From IMG/VR virus record IMGVR_UViG_3300047496_000236: DNA of 64,000 bases. One strand, written 5' to 3'. The stretch is from an uncultured virus (IMG/VR IMGVR_UViG_3300047496_000236). Its lineage: Duplodnaviria > Heunggongvirae > Uroviricota > Caudoviricetes. A program made the translations under genes and the position numbers. The number at the start of each line of letters is the position of its first letter. The first letter of the stretch is position 1. Below the pieces are notes generated by a model that made no database searches, was not told the origin of the DNA, and was given only the letters and a program-made list of their open reading frames with translations. Shown one piece after another: positions 38,301 to 48,030 of this stretch.

Positions 38301-38412
38301 CTGCGGGCAGCGAGAGCCCATAGTCCAGGAGACGATTCCGGAACAGGGAGAGATCCCCGTTGTACTCCGGCATGTTCGTCTTCATGAAGAGAGCGATATC
38401 ATCAGGAATCAT
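35362..38412 (-). CDS. polA: family A DNA polymerase with N-terminal UDG-like domain and 3'-5' exonuclease
   Basis: Exo DVETG and YACCD; pol motif A DWKSAEL, motif B RFAIKAVVFGCIYG, motif C VHDAI; N-terminal EEVQILRPAVICLLG. Confidence 0.9.
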   Translation of the reverse strand: MIPDDIALFMKTNMPEYNGDLSLFRNRLLDYGLSLPAADLPDLQFYMPGQVMAHAGPFGAQTGPHGKGCRYMFVAVAPAFDDHSRGSHFSGGDVGPSAVLLEAVEHAGFDLQDCYFSTVLRFPRPLNASTYKKGWLRPGWELLKEEVQILRPAVICLLGTEVLQLSQGASASMESYRGRPFQFQTETWHCPALAVQSHFNFLANTAGVGAFVKQLITVRGLINPEGVPVISGTEYPDRDYKILWTPEEVRAEIAAEIARGPQVITVDVETGNDNGRPDDTYLVSFQWSHGKGHARVIPFLVERPEPMIAVEVRATKTEPAHTVELPAFGGSGVDRKSRNDRVSFWGELGPLIWELLKAAGTIGGHAIRGDLKQLRDEFGYPIRELIPKIFCTMQAYHVLEKDEYGLKQLTLRYTDMGAYDAPMQDWVRLNAGKGKLMPAGKEDRFFHGYRDICYRFLLPYACCDVDATWRLIPIFKERLEAPGMEKIKELYYGTLLPLNSPIMDIESTGFVVDQDRAFELSRLYHRKYDELLEDFRKVINWEGSDDTAAFNLNSPHHVPGLLYAPPYKDSEKCERARPPGATALGLTPPWETGKFGLNWEDIVIKGEQNFHKPSCEGKALKSILTSKDISDETRVLLRSFVELKDMKQFVTNFMKAPVHDDLSGPEHAVYGKGLLGCIQSDGRIKTSISTLAETHRWRHKKPNLAQMPKTKEEIIQAIFAAHMTEDDEELILGIDDGAMTVKDGKKTLKIPKVRSIFIAPTLWKIVDADWKSAELWVVGYLSGDKTFLHILATEPDMHAYNAVQIFKLDCAVKDVKKKFPQQRFAIKAVVFGCIYGLGASGLADALSLEFKRHVSQEEAKAIIDGFFNMYPGIKELLDRCAWDVEHLGYVETPFGSRRYFPGFNRVGSTMQAKMKREGGNSKIQGTVAIMLDKASVLLDQFRYDTDVGRTIGWQYCLAVHDAIQLLTPEPYAEITAGILQWCMESVEIPGYGTLKVDIDVGDRWGEGIPWPYKTAS

Positions 38413-39476
38413 GGAATCGCCTGTGCATAGGGGAGCGAAGCGAACACAAAGGGGTCACTGGCCCTAATCATCTTGAGGGTCTCGAGGAAGCCGAGGTCCC
38501 CGGGATCCCGAAGATCGCCGGGGGTCCACTTCGCCCCGGAGACCTCGAGACCGTCATCGCGGAGCTGCTGCATCGCGATGAGCTGGTAGTCCGGGGCTCC
38601 CGCGGCTCTGCAGAGCCCCGCATCGGGGTCGAACATCACAAAGGCGCGCTTCCAGTGCGCCTTGATGATTCGCCGGACCTCCGTGGTGAGGGTCTTGCCG
38701 CCCGCAGATATCGCAGCGGGTCCCGCGTTGACCGCGGATAGGACACCCTCGTTGATGAGGACAACAGGGAAGCCTGCGGCGAGATCCACATTCCAGGGCA
38801 CCTTCTGGCCCCCCGAGGGGAAGTACCACTTCGGCGGCCATGTGACCCCCTTGGGGAGGTCATAGGCCAACCTGGCCTGCCAGAGCCGGAGGATCCCGTC
38901 GACATAGAACGGGAACCCGATCCGCATCCGGGAGAGACGATCCACATAGGGGTCCGGGTGCTTCGCCATGAGGACGGCCCCACAGGTCTCCCCAAGGTAG
39001 CGCGGAGAGAACCCGCGCTTCACGAGGTACTGGCAGGCCGAGTGATCCTCGGGCAGATTCTGCAGCGGGATGACCTCGCCCATGGTAGGGCAGGTCCAGG
39101 GCGGCGGTTTCTCCTCGAGGGCCATCTTGATCGCCAGAATGGGGTCGGGGCGATAGTCCTCTCTGAGGTAGCCCTTGAGGGGGATCCGCTTCTGTTCGTT
39201 CTGACAGTACGCGAGCCCTTCAAGGACCTCCCCGGGCTGGTTGTAGCCCGGGACGTGATGCGCGATGCCCCAGAGGAAATGGACTCTGAGGCGGCACCTG
39301 ACCTCGTGGCATTTCGGGCAATTGATGGCATAGAGCTCTCCAGAGGCGTGGAGCTGCACATGGCCATCGGGACCCCTGTCGGTCGCAAACGCAGCGGGTT
39401 CCCCCGCATTGACGACCTTCGGGGGTACCCCGTTGTTGAGGCGCTGCAGGGCCGCGTAGAGCTCCATGTTCTTCAT
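38409..39476 (-). CDS. DNA primase (Zn-binding and TOPRIM domains)
   Basis: CPKC, YLVKRG, WQAR, NEG, FDPD. Confidence 0.75.
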   Translation of the reverse strand: MKNMELYAALQRLNNGVPPKVVNAGEPAAFATDRGPDGHVQLHASGELYAINCPKCHEVRCRLRVHFLWGIAHHVPGYNQPGEVLEGLAYCQNEQKRIPLKGYLREDYRPDPILAIKMALEEKPPPWTCPTMGEVIPLQNLPEDHSACQYLVKRGFSPRYLGETCGAVLMAKHPDPYVDRLSRMRIGFPFYVDGILRLWQARLAYDLPKGVTWPPKWYFPSGGQKVPWNVDLAAGFPVVLINEGVLSAVNAGPAAISAGGKTLTTEVRRIIKAHWKRAFVMFDPDAGLCRAAGAPDYQLIAMQQLRDDGLEVSGAKWTPGDLRDPGDLGFLETLKMIRASDPFVFASLPYAQAIP

Positions 39477-40924
39477 GCGAATCCGTCTCCTTTCTTCTCG
39501 TCTTTTCCTGGCATGTGGCGGTTGTCATTCTTGCTGGGCGGCATCCAGAGCTTGTTCGGCCCCTTCCGGTAACCCTGGAGCTCTTCGAAGCGGGAGCAGA
39601 GCCCGTTCAGATGCAGGATGGTGCTTCCGGCTTCTCCGAAGCGGGTCTTCGTAACGACCAACCTCAGATTGGAGTTCTCGTCCTTGGGGCACAGGACTCC
39701 CGCGAAGGAGGCGCTCTGGGAGAAGTCTTTGCACTCGTGAGCCATGGTGTGGTTGAAGTCCGTGAAGGGATTCAAGCCAAACTGGGGGCTCAGCTGCTGC
39801 AGGGTGAGGGTGGCGACGCCGTGCCTCTTCGCGATGGAGGTCATGGTGTCCGCCACGGAGCGAAGACACTGCCGGCGATCCCCGTCGAAAGCGTTCCCCG
39901 GGGTCTCCATGAGGGTCTGGGCGAGGTAGCCCGCCCAGTCCACGATGACGAGATCCGGCTTGCGCTGGATCGTCACGGCCTCGATATCACTGAGAGATCT
40001 GATCGTGGAGGGGTCGTGGCAGAACAGGCGGCTCTGAAGCCCCATGATGCTCTCACGGGCCTCGGGGCTCACGAGCTCCGGAGGGAACTCGCTCTGATGC
40101 TTGTACTTCGCGAACTCCGTCCAGGGCTGCCCCGTGGCTGCCGCCCAGAACTTGTAGACCAGCTTGGACTCCTTGAAGGTTTGCTCCGTCAGGATGTAGA
40201 GCACCCTCTTCCCGATGGCAGTCAGGGAGCACGAGAGCTGGATCGCCAGGGTCGTCTTGCCGCCCCCAGTAGGAGCCAGCAGGGTGTAGCTGTCGCCCAG
40301 GCAGAGGCCTCCACCAAAGCGGGTATCCAACCAAGGCAACCCCGTGGGGAAGAAGTCGCCACCGATGGTGCCCGCGAGATCGAAGGGATTCGCTGAGATC
40401 TTGGCGGTCTTCTCGATAGCCTTGATCTTCGCGAGCTCCTTGAGGGTGCCGTCGAGGGTCGTCGACTTCATGCCGTCCTGGAGTGCCGCGTAGTACGCGG
40501 GATCCACATAGGCCCGCTTGTGGCACGCCGCCAGCATGTTCAGCGGGATCGATACCTTCTCCGTGGCCAGGGGCTGGCTCAGGGCCACCGCATGGATCTC
40601 CTGGAGGGCCTCATAGGCCCGCTTCGCATCGGGGTCCCCTGCTGGCACCAGGCGAGCCATGAAGCCGCTGATGTAGGGCTGGAAGGCGACGTCCGATGGG
40701 GTCATGTGGTGATCATGCCAGAACACCCGCATGCTCTCGTACAACGCGAGGTGCTCTTTGCGCATCACGATGACAGACATAAGGCCGGTGGTCGGCACAT
40801 TGTTGAAGGCGAACTCGAGAACGGCGGCGCTCTGGTAGCAGCCCTGGAAGAGGACGCGCAGCCAGTGCTCGGCAAGCGCCGGATTAAAGTAATCCGGTTC
40901 GACGTAAGGCATGGGATCATTCAT
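39473..40924 (-). CDS. DnaB-like replicative helicase
   Basis: PTGLPWLD..GG, APTGGGKT, VIVDW, QQL, KTRFG. Confidence 0.85.
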   Translation of the reverse strand: MNDPMPYVEPDYFNPALAEHWLRVLFQGCYQSAAVLEFAFNNVPTTGLMSVIVMRKEHLALYESMRVFWHDHHMTPSDVAFQPYISGFMARLVPAGDPDAKRAYEALQEIHAVALSQPLATEKVSIPLNMLAACHKRAYVDPAYYAALQDGMKSTTLDGTLKELAKIKAIEKTAKISANPFDLAGTIGGDFFPTGLPWLDTRFGGGLCLGDSYTLLAPTGGGKTTLAIQLSCSLTAIGKRVLYILTEQTFKESKLVYKFWAAATGQPWTEFAKYKHQSEFPPELVSPEARESIMGLQSRLFCHDPSTIRSLSDIEAVTIQRKPDLVIVDWAGYLAQTLMETPGNAFDGDRRQCLRSVADTMTSIAKRHGVATLTLQQLSPQFGLNPFTDFNHTMAHECKDFSQSASFAGVLCPKDENSNLRLVVTKTRFGEAGSTILHLNGLCSRFEELQGYRKGPNKLWMPPSKNDNRHMPGKDEKKGDGFA

Positions 40925-41439
40925 AGGGCCTGCTCGTGGTAGAAGTTCTTGGGAAGGACCTCATAGAGCTCGGGGTGCCGCGCCAGTTCTGTCCTGGCTG
41001 CAGCCCTGAGCTCATCGGGGATCTCCTGCTTGGCCAGGAGCCTGATATAAATCAGGAACAGGGCGTGGTACTGATGCAGCGTGTTCTCCAGTGCGAAGCG
41101 GATCCCCATGGTTTCCATGGAGAGCCGGAAGCACTCGAACTGGCCCTTGAAGCTCTGGACGGCGTCCTCGACGCGGAGCCTCAGCGGCTTCTGGTTGTAG
41201 AACCGAGTCATGGAGTCCCCGAGCAGGATGTTCGGCCAGAGGACGTCCAAGTGGTTCGTGTCGATGAGGTACTGAATCTGGCATCTGATGAAATCCTTGG
41301 GATCGATGTGCGGGGCCCCGTTCAGTATCTCAGCAGCTTTCCGGAAGGTGGATTCCCACTTCTTGGAGACGTGGTAGTCCTCTTTCAGCATGGCTCTGAC
41401 GGCCTGGACCCAGAGACGCTTTACGGTGGCGGTATCCAT
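40921..41439 (-). CDS. hypothetical replication-module protein
   Basis: Coupled between the two helicase genes. Confidence 0.6.
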   Translation of the reverse strand: MDTATVKRLWVQAVRAMLKEDYHVSKKWESTFRKAAEILNGAPHIDPKDFIRCQIQYLIDTNHLDVLWPNILLGDSMTRFYNQKPLRLRVEDAVQSFKGQFECFRLSMETMGIRFALENTLHQYHALFLIYIRLLAKQEIPDELRAAARTELARHPELYEVLPKNFYHEQAL

Positions 41440-42926
41440 GACCTCAGGCTCTGCTGAGCCCCTAGACGGATGACCTCATGCCCCTGGTCCGCGGCCACGT
41501 TGGCGAGCTTGAGCGCGCGACGGTGGTACGTCTCAGAGAAGCGGTCATCCCATACCAGGACCACAGCGTAGCTCTTGCCGGTGTCGACACGGCTGCCGCG
41601 GCCTATGGACTGAATGAAAGCGATCGAGGCCCCGGAACCAGACGCACAGGCCACGAGCCCACAGGAGTTCGCGGAGACCCCCGTAGCGAAGACCTCCGTG
41701 GCGAGGACATGCTTGGCCTCCCCGGTCTCGAAGCGGGTCCGGATCTCATCCTTCCGGGAGGCCCACTTCCGGAGCATCTTGTAGTCATAGGCGGTTCCGA
41801 GCCGCCGGTTCATCTTCTCGAGCTTGCCCTCGTCGACGTCGCTGAAGGCGATCTCGTAATCCGGGAGGTACTCCCAGAGACAGAGGAGATGCTCCAGGCG
41901 GCTCACCAGAATCAGGGTCTGGGGATCCCCGAGGATGTCCTGGGCATCCAGGATGTCCTTGGCGACGAGCTGAGCCCTCGCCTTATTGGCCCACAGGGCG
42001 GCGCGGTCCCTATCGGCGTCGGTCCTCATGCCCTGCAGGGCGGCCTGAGAGGGTCCGTGCACGTTGTCGTGCAGGATCATCTTCAGGGGCACAATGGAGC
42101 CGCTGGCTACGGAGTCGTAATACTCCACCGTAAGGATGATGGGCCCGAAGAGGCCCTCGGCCCTCCACTCCGCTTTGTCTGAGCGCCCCGTGGGACTCGC
42201 TGTGAGCCCAAAGCGCTTGATGGGGCTCGTGATGGCCATGAAGCTGTTGGCGTACTCATCTGAGCTCGAGCGGTGCGCCTCGTCGGCAATGAGGATGTCG
42301 ACGTTCTCGAGGTGGCCCACCTTGGTCACGGAGTCATACGTCGCTACCGTCACTCGCTGGGTATTCTTCTGGCCGCCGCCGACTTGACCAATCTTCTCGT
42401 GGAGATCCTTCCTCAGGTATCGCACGGTAGTCGCTACGGTATCGATGCTGGGCGCCGCGAAGATGATGCGTGCCTTGGGACACATCTTGGCCACGGCCCC
42501 GCAGAACACGGTCTTGCCGGAACCCGTTGGGGACACAATGAGGCCGCCGTCCCACTTCACGAAGGCTTCCGCCATCTGGAGCTGCTCCGGGCGCAACTTG
42601 GTGAAGTCGACCTTGGAGAAGTCATAGAAGAGCTCCGGGCGGGTGTCGACGCGCTCCACGGTGGGATCCACCTCGAGGCCCCGGCCTCGAAGAGCCCCGA
42701 GGACCCGCGACATGTAACCCACGGGGAACACGATGTTGCCGTTGCCCCTATCCGAGCTCATCTCGACACGGACAGCCCGGGGTCTCTCGCTCTTGCCGAA
42801 CTTACGTACGACTTCAAGCCTGGTGAAGACCAGGGCCTCCTTCACGACCTGAAGGGCGACCCCGGCATCCTGGAGCTCGATGAAAGAACCGAAACGGACG
42901 AACTTAGCCACGGGGACCCCAAGCAT
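41421..42926 (-). CDS. SF2 DEAH helicase (UvsW-like)
   Basis: SPTGSGKT, DEAH, TASP, QSIGRGSR. Confidence 0.9.
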   Translation of the reverse strand: MLGVPVAKFVRFGSFIELQDAGVALQVVKEALVFTRLEVVRKFGKSERPRAVRVEMSSDRGNGNIVFPVGYMSRVLGALRGRGLEVDPTVERVDTRPELFYDFSKVDFTKLRPEQLQMAEAFVKWDGGLIVSPTGSGKTVFCGAVAKMCPKARIIFAAPSIDTVATTVRYLRKDLHEKIGQVGGGQKNTQRVTVATYDSVTKVGHLENVDILIADEAHRSSSDEYANSFMAITSPIKRFGLTASPTGRSDKAEWRAEGLFGPIILTVEYYDSVASGSIVPLKMILHDNVHGPSQAALQGMRTDADRDRAALWANKARAQLVAKDILDAQDILGDPQTLILVSRLEHLLCLWEYLPDYEIAFSDVDEGKLEKMNRRLGTAYDYKMLRKWASRKDEIRTRFETGEAKHVLATEVFATGVSANSCGLVACASGSGASIAFIQSIGRGSRVDTGKSYAVVLVWDDRFSETYHRRALKLANVAADQGHEVIRLGAQQSLRSWIPPP

Positions 42927-42994
42927 ACCAGAGGGAGCCCATCGTCAACGGGGTCCATGTTGTGGGGTCCGAAGAACTAGCCACTACCCGTTGT

Positions 42995-43360
42995 TCACAG
43001 ACCGACGCCGTAGTGTTCCAGGACCCAGCTAGGGATGCATTCGGGGCAGTGATCCGCGAGAACCTTGAGCAAGCGGACCTGCTTGGGGCCCATGAACTGG
43101 ACACAGATCTCCCCAGACTCGGGGTTCGTGATCACGAACGGGCAGTCCAGCTCGAAGCCGGCCAGGAGCGCCTCGACCTTGTGACGCAAGCGGACGGCGA
43201 ACGCCGCGGTGACAGTTTCACACCCGACGTGGCTCTGCAGGATATCATCGACAGCGATCTTGACTGACGCAGGGGCATCGGCCAAAGCAGAGATGCGTTT
43301 GAGACGGAAGACGCGCTCGGCAGAAATCTCGTAGTCCATATCGGGGTAAGCTGTGCTCAT
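42995..43360 (-). CDS. hypothetical protein
   Basis: GGAGG RBS. Confidence 0.55.
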   Translation of the reverse strand: MSTAYPDMDYEISAERVFRLKRISALADAPASVKIAVDDILQSHVGCETVTAAFAVRLRHKVEALLAGFELDCPFVITNPESGEICVQFMGPKQVRLLKVLADHCPECIPSWVLEHYGVGL

Positions 43361-43698
43361 TTGACCTCCGAGGTCGGTGGGGTTGTGGTCAGGAAGGCTT
43401 CTGGGGTCATGATGCGGCGCTTGAACCGCCGAACGAACTTCCGGACCTCATTGTCGATGATCATGTCAGGCTTCCCGACGGCAGCGATGGCCACGATCTG
43501 GTGCTTCTCGAGCAGGTACTCCGCGACACGCCGGGCGTACCCCGTGTTACCGGTCCACAGGATGATCTCGTGACCCCCAAGGTAGTACTGTTTTACCTTA
43601 GCGATGACGTCCTCGCGGAGCCCGATCTCCTTCTTGAAGAAGGAGCGCCCGACCTGGCGATTCGTCAGGGTACCGTCGATGTCGACGAAGATCCTCAC
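43357..43698 (-). CDS. small HAD-like hydrolase
   Basis: VDIDGTL, WTG, KPD.IID. Confidence 0.75.
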   Translation of the reverse strand: MRIFVDIDGTLTNRQVGRSFFKKEIGLREDVIAKVKQYYLGGHEIILWTGNTGYARRVAEYLLEKHQIVAIAAVGKPDMIIDNEVRKFVRRFKRRIMTPEAFLTTTPPTSEVK

Positions 43699-43973
43699 GG
43701 GCGCCCCGGCCAGGTCTGCTTGCCGTGCCGGAACTCCTCGAGCGCCAGGTAGGCGTCCGAGATCATCTTGATGCTGCCCTTGGAGCCGTCCTGGGGGTGG
43801 AGCTCGTAAAGCGCCTGGACATCCCGGGACTTCTTCTTGACCTTCACCACGATGAGCTCGCTGCAGGTGACGTTCCACGGGACACCTCCCCACATCGCAG
43901 TCACGCCGTCCTCGAGCTCGATCAGCTCGAAGATGGTGCTCCCTATGTATTTCCGAACCTTGGTTGTGGCCAT
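43695..43973 (-). CDS. hypothetical protein
   Basis: AAGGAGG RBS. Confidence 0.6.
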   Translation of the reverse strand: MATTKVRKYIGSTIFELIELEDGVTAMWGGVPWNVTCSELIVVKVKKKSRDVQALYELHPQDGSKGSIKMISDAYLALEEFRHGKQTWPGRP

Positions 43974-46222
43974 CAGGCCTCCTTCGCGAGTAGGCGGTTG
44001 TCACACATCTGCTGGAGGTCCGGATGGTGGCTCACGAAGAGCACCACGAGACCTTTGCTGCGAGCGAGCCCCTTGACCTTGTCGAGGACAATGGGGAGCT
44101 TGGCGACGTTGGCGCGGTCCAGGTGGACCTCGATTTCGTCGAGCACGAGAAGCCCGAGATCTGTCGGGAACAAATCAGCCATTGCCAAGCGCATGCAAAT
44201 ATTAAGCACGTTCTTCTCGCCCCCCGAGAGACTCTTCACGGGCATCACTTTGTCCGGGAAGATCGCCATGAGCGTGAGGTCCGCCATGATGGCGACGCTG
44301 AAGTTGATCTCGAAGAACTTGAGGTAGTTCGAGGTGTGCCGTACGAGCTCGGAAGCATACCACGCCACGACCTCCGCTGGGAGCCCGTCACGATGGTACA
44401 CCTCGCGGACACGCTCCACCGTGGCCTTCCAGGCCTTCTGCGGGGCCACGAGGGCCAAGCGCTCCTGGGCGCGGTTCAGAGCGATATGAGCGTCATCGGA
44501 GCGGCTATGGGCTACCGCGAGCTCGGTGAGGGCCTCCGCATGGGTCCGCTGGTTCGTCTGGGCTTCTAGGAGGCAGGCGATGGCGTGCTGATAGGCCTCC
44601 TCGGCCCCGGGGTCCTCGACGCGGATCGCATCACGCTGCTTCATGATCTCGGCGCCTCTGGCGAGGAGCTTGGCGACTTCAGTGTTCGCTCTAGTGTAGT
44701 TCTCCCGGATGTCACCGAGGCGCTGCTCAAGCTCGGCAGCGTTGCGGACCTGATACTGGAGCGCCTCGATCTCTGCGGGGCTCAGGGGCTCCTCTGGGGG
44801 CGGCAACGACGCAAGCACGGAGGTCAGCTGGTTGATTGTGGCCCGCAGGCCAGCCACGGAGCGTTCCCAGGCCAGCTTGGAGGCCTGGAGCTGCTGCCGG
44901 GCCACCTCGAGGCTTTGACGCCGTCCTGAGGCCGCCTGGGCCTCTGCGGTGGTCTTGTTGAGGTCGACCTGCATCTGCTCGATGACGGTATGATCCGCCA
45001 CATCCTTCCCGCAGGTCGGACACTTACCGGTCTTGAAGACCTCGAGCCACTGCCGGAGGTTGTTGGCTTTCGCATTGAGCTCCCCGGCGACCCGGGAGAG
45101 CTCCGACAGCTCGGAGTCCGACGGGGGGCTCTGAGGCGGGTTCGCTACGGCGTGCTCGAGACGCTGCTGGGCCCCATTGAGATCCGCGGAGGCCTTACGA
45201 CGATTTGCTTCTCTCTGGGCTACCAAGTCCGATCTGGAGAGCCGCTGGTTCGCGCTCTCCCGGAGGCCCTTGGCGAGATCCACGCTAGGCTTGAGCTCGA
45301 TACCCTTGGTGCACCACATCGCTTCGGTTCTGACGGCGGCTTCGTGGTCCCGGCCGATCTGGGCGAGCTGGGCGTCCAGACCACTCCTCCGGACCGCATC
45401 CTCACGGGCACGCTTGTAGTGGTCGATGATGGCCTGCGGCTTCGAGGTGTCCCGCTCGAGCTCATCGATATGGGCGAACTGGTTCTCCAGGGTCCCCACC
45501 TTGCCTTCAGCCAGGGCTGCCGCGGTCTTGGCTTCGGCCACGACCTGATCGAGCCCCTCGGGGATCTGGATCGCGTTGAGCTCCTTGCCGAGCTCGGTCC
45601 AGATCTTCTCGCAGAGCGCGGTTCCCGCACGATCCGAGAACGCCTTCTGGCGCTCCTGGGGATCCGAGGACAGCGAGCCCTCGATGTCGCCCTGGAGCGG
45701 GAAGTAGTTCGACACGATCAGCTTAGGGTCCACCCCGACTTCGGCCCGGATCCAGTCCGAGACCTCAGTGGCCTTCCGGAGGCTCACGGTGCCCCAGGTC
45801 AGGGTCACCTTGACCTTCTCGTCGGGCTTGAAGACGGCCAGCTTGAGCTCGGTCTCCGTGACGGGTACCGCTGCGTTCGTGATATGGGCCGCTACGGCAG
45901 CCTTGGCGGCCTCCATAGCGAAGGACTGCGAGGCCCAGGGGACCTCGTAGTTTCTGGAGAGCCCTACATGGATCTCACCGGGAATTCCGCGGTGTTCGAA
46001 TTCCACGAAGATGTCGCCGCGCTCATAGCCGCTCTGGACCATATCGCTCTTCTTCTGGATCGGCAGCGAGGTGTCCTGGCCCAAGGCGAGGCAGAGCGCC
46101 TGGAGGATATTGGTCTTCCCGGAGCCATTGGGACCCTCGAAGGCGTTGAGGCCCCTGGTGAACACGAACTCGCGGTCGGAATGCTGGCAGATACGCTTCA
46201 GCTTCATTTTCTTGGGGATCAT
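43973..46222 (-). CDS. sbcC: SbcC/Rad50-like (gp46-like) ATPase
   Basis: GPNGSGKT, coiled coil, CPTC hook, LSGGE, LDE, SH. Confidence 0.9.
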   Translation of the reverse strand: MIPKKMKLKRICQHSDREFVFTRGLNAFEGPNGSGKTNILQALCLALGQDTSLPIQKKSDMVQSGYERGDIFVEFEHRGIPGEIHVGLSRNYEVPWASQSFAMEAAKAAVAAHITNAAVPVTETELKLAVFKPDEKVKVTLTWGTVSLRKATEVSDWIRAEVGVDPKLIVSNYFPLQGDIEGSLSSDPQERQKAFSDRAGTALCEKIWTELGKELNAIQIPEGLDQVVAEAKTAAALAEGKVGTLENQFAHIDELERDTSKPQAIIDHYKRAREDAVRRSGLDAQLAQIGRDHEAAVRTEAMWCTKGIELKPSVDLAKGLRESANQRLSRSDLVAQREANRRKASADLNGAQQRLEHAVANPPQSPPSDSELSELSRVAGELNAKANNLRQWLEVFKTGKCPTCGKDVADHTVIEQMQVDLNKTTAEAQAASGRRQSLEVARQQLQASKLAWERSVAGLRATINQLTSVLASLPPPEEPLSPAEIEALQYQVRNAAELEQRLGDIRENYTRANTEVAKLLARGAEIMKQRDAIRVEDPGAEEAYQHAIACLLEAQTNQRTHAEALTELAVAHSRSDDAHIALNRAQERLALVAPQKAWKATVERVREVYHRDGLPAEVVAWYASELVRHTSNYLKFFEINFSVAIMADLTLMAIFPDKVMPVKSLSGGEKNVLNICMRLAMADLFPTDLGLLVLDEIEVHLDRANVAKLPIVLDKVKGLARSKGLVVLFVSHHPDLQQMCDNRLLAKEA

Positions 46223-47292
46223 GCGACCTTCTTGGGGATCATGGTGTCACGGTGCTTCGTCAGGAGCGCCCTGACATCTTCGACGCTTCGGGCCCCCGCG
46301 AGGTCCCCCGCGAGCTCACGGAACGGCTTATCGGGATCGGACCCATAGCGTTCGTTGATCAGACCACCCAAAGTGACCTGCTTGGCCTCGAGGACATGTT
46401 TTCTCTGCGCGGAGAAAGTCTCCTTGGAGGCCACAGGGGTCTCCACGATGTAGGCGAAGTCCTCGAGCTTGCGGCGGAGGACTCCCGCGAGTTCTCGGAA
46501 CTCCGTGGAGTACTTCAAGTGGACGATGGGGCGCCCTCCGAGATCGGTGTCCTGGAGGAAGTTGTCGACGGTGGCCTGGGATGTGATCTCCAGGGTCCGG
46601 AAAGGACGGTGCTTCAAGGGGACCCGCTGGTACCTCATGAAGCCGTTGGGGTCCAAGCCGTCCACAACGAGAAACTTGGGCTCCGGGCTCTCGTCGACCG
46701 AAGTCATGTACTGGGACCCCGGATACACCCCGAGGACTCCTCCGTCGGTGGACCACAGGGGATCATAGACCCGGTGGAGGTCCCCGATGAGGACATTGCG
46801 GGTCTTCGAGCTCGGAACCCAGTCCAGATCGCAGTTCCAGGCCCCTTCGAATCCGAGGCCCTGCTTGAGAGCCTGGTGAAGGATCAGGATGTCGCATTCC
46901 GGGATCGCGGCGATCTGTGGGGTAATGATGCTCGCCGGGGCGAAGTCGAGACCGTGGATGCGGAGCCCGTCGGGGAGCACCACGGTCTTGCCGTGTATAT
47001 GCTGGACCTTTGGGGCCAGGGAACCCCAGGGGGTCTCCGGATCCTTGTCGTGGTTCCCCTGGATCAGATAGATCGGGGCCTCCATCCGGTTCAGGATCTC
47101 CGTCACCTTGTAGACCAGACGTGCTGGGGGGTTGTTGACGTCGTAGAGATCACCTCCGATGACCAATGGCATCCCAGCAGCTCTGCAGGTCTCCACGACC
47201 TCTGCGAGGGGCTGAAGGGTGTCCTCCATGGGGATCTCCGGGCGGAGACCTCTTATGGCGACATGGCAATCCGCAATAAATGCAAATGACAT
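46219..47292 (-). CDS. sbcD: SbcD/Mre11-like (gp47-like) nuclease
   Basis: ADCH, GGDLYD, GNHD, GDLH, YPGS. Confidence 0.9.
   Translation of the reverse strand: MSFAFIADCHVAIRGLRPEIPMEDTLQPLAEVVETCRAAGMPLVIGGDLYDVNNPPARLVYKVTEILNRMEAPIYLIQGNHDKDPETPWGSLAPKVQHIHGKTVVLPDGLRIHGLDFAPASIITPQIAAIPECDILILHQALKQGLGFEGAWNCDLDWVPSSKTRNVLIGDLHRVYDPLWSTDGGVLGVYPGSQYMTSVDESPEPKFLVVDGLDPNGFMRYQRVPLKHRPFRTLEITSQATVDNFLQDTDLGGRPIVHLKYSTEFRELAGVLRRKLEDFAYIVETPVASKETFSAQRKHVLEAKQVTLGGLINERYGSDPDKPFRELAGDLAGARSVEDVRALLTKHRDTMIPKKVA
46400..46417. repeat. 18-bp palindrome family copy 5 (1 mismatch)
   Basis: tttctctgcgcggagaaa within sbcD. Confidence 0.75.
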
Positions 47293-47434
47293 AGATTTCC
47301 TTTTGTATGGTTTTTGGATCTTACAGGAGCTCGGTCTCAACCCCCCACGCCTTAGCGTGGGGGGTGGGGACGCGAAGCGTCCCCTTCTCTTTGGGAGGGA
47401 TCAAGGGAACCTTTTCTCTTAGGCACCCCGATCC

Positions 47435-48025
47435 TTATTGAGAATCCGAGGATCTGGGTACGCCAGATTGAGCCTTTAATGCCTCCTCAATGCGTCGAAC
47501 TGACTCATCGACAGTGGCCCCCAAAGATTGTACTGGCCCCACAGGAGGAACCGATACCCAGGGGGTGGATCCAGGTAGACGCACCTGCGTCTGGATTGGA
47601 CCACCTGCGTCTACTTTAGGCCAGGGGGGTGCGTCTGGATTAGGCCAGGTGCGTCCAGATTGGACCAGGGGGGTGCGTCCAGATTGGACCACCTGCGTCT
47701 GGATTGGACCACCTGCGTCTACTTTAGACCGGGTCTGTGTAGACCCATGGTCAGTGGGTACCTTATTGATAATCCTCATTTCATCATCAATAAGAAGACC
47801 CCCAGGGGTCCTTTCCTTGATTTTGATGAGTTCAGCCTCTTCCAGAATATGTAGCACTTGTGCTAGTTTCGTTCTGCTGATCTTTGCTAGCTTCTGAAGT
47901 GTTCGCATGGAGATCAGAGGGGAGTCCTTCGTTAGGACCATCATGAGAACGCCAACTTCGACAGCGCTGAGCCCCCTCTCGAGGGCCACGCGTATCTTGG
48001 CCTCGAAGACATCGGGGGTGTGCAT
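47435..48025 (-). CDS. winged-HTH protein, replication-initiator-like
   Basis: ISMRTLQKLAKISRTKLAQVLHILEEAELI HTH followed by repeats. Confidence 0.65.
   Translation of the reverse strand: MHTPDVFEAKIRVALERGLSAVEVGVLMMVLTKDSPLISMRTLQKLAKISRTKLAQVLHILEEAELIKIKERTPGGLLIDDEMRIINKVPTDHGSTQTRSKVDAGGPIQTQVVQSGRTPLVQSGRTWPNPDAPPWPKVDAGGPIQTQVRLPGSTPWVSVPPVGPVQSLGATVDESVRRIEEALKAQSGVPRSSDSQ
47582..47730. repeat. 7 iteron-like direct repeats of about 20-24 bp
   Basis: TGCGTC(TGG/CAG)ATT(G/A)G(A/G)CC and TGCGTCTACTTTAG(A/G)CC units. Confidence 0.8.
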
Positions 48026-48030
48026 AGGTT

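Noticed and set aside
47582..47730. CRISPR-like array
   Set aside because: Repeats are nearly contiguous with no unique spacers, and no cas genes are present
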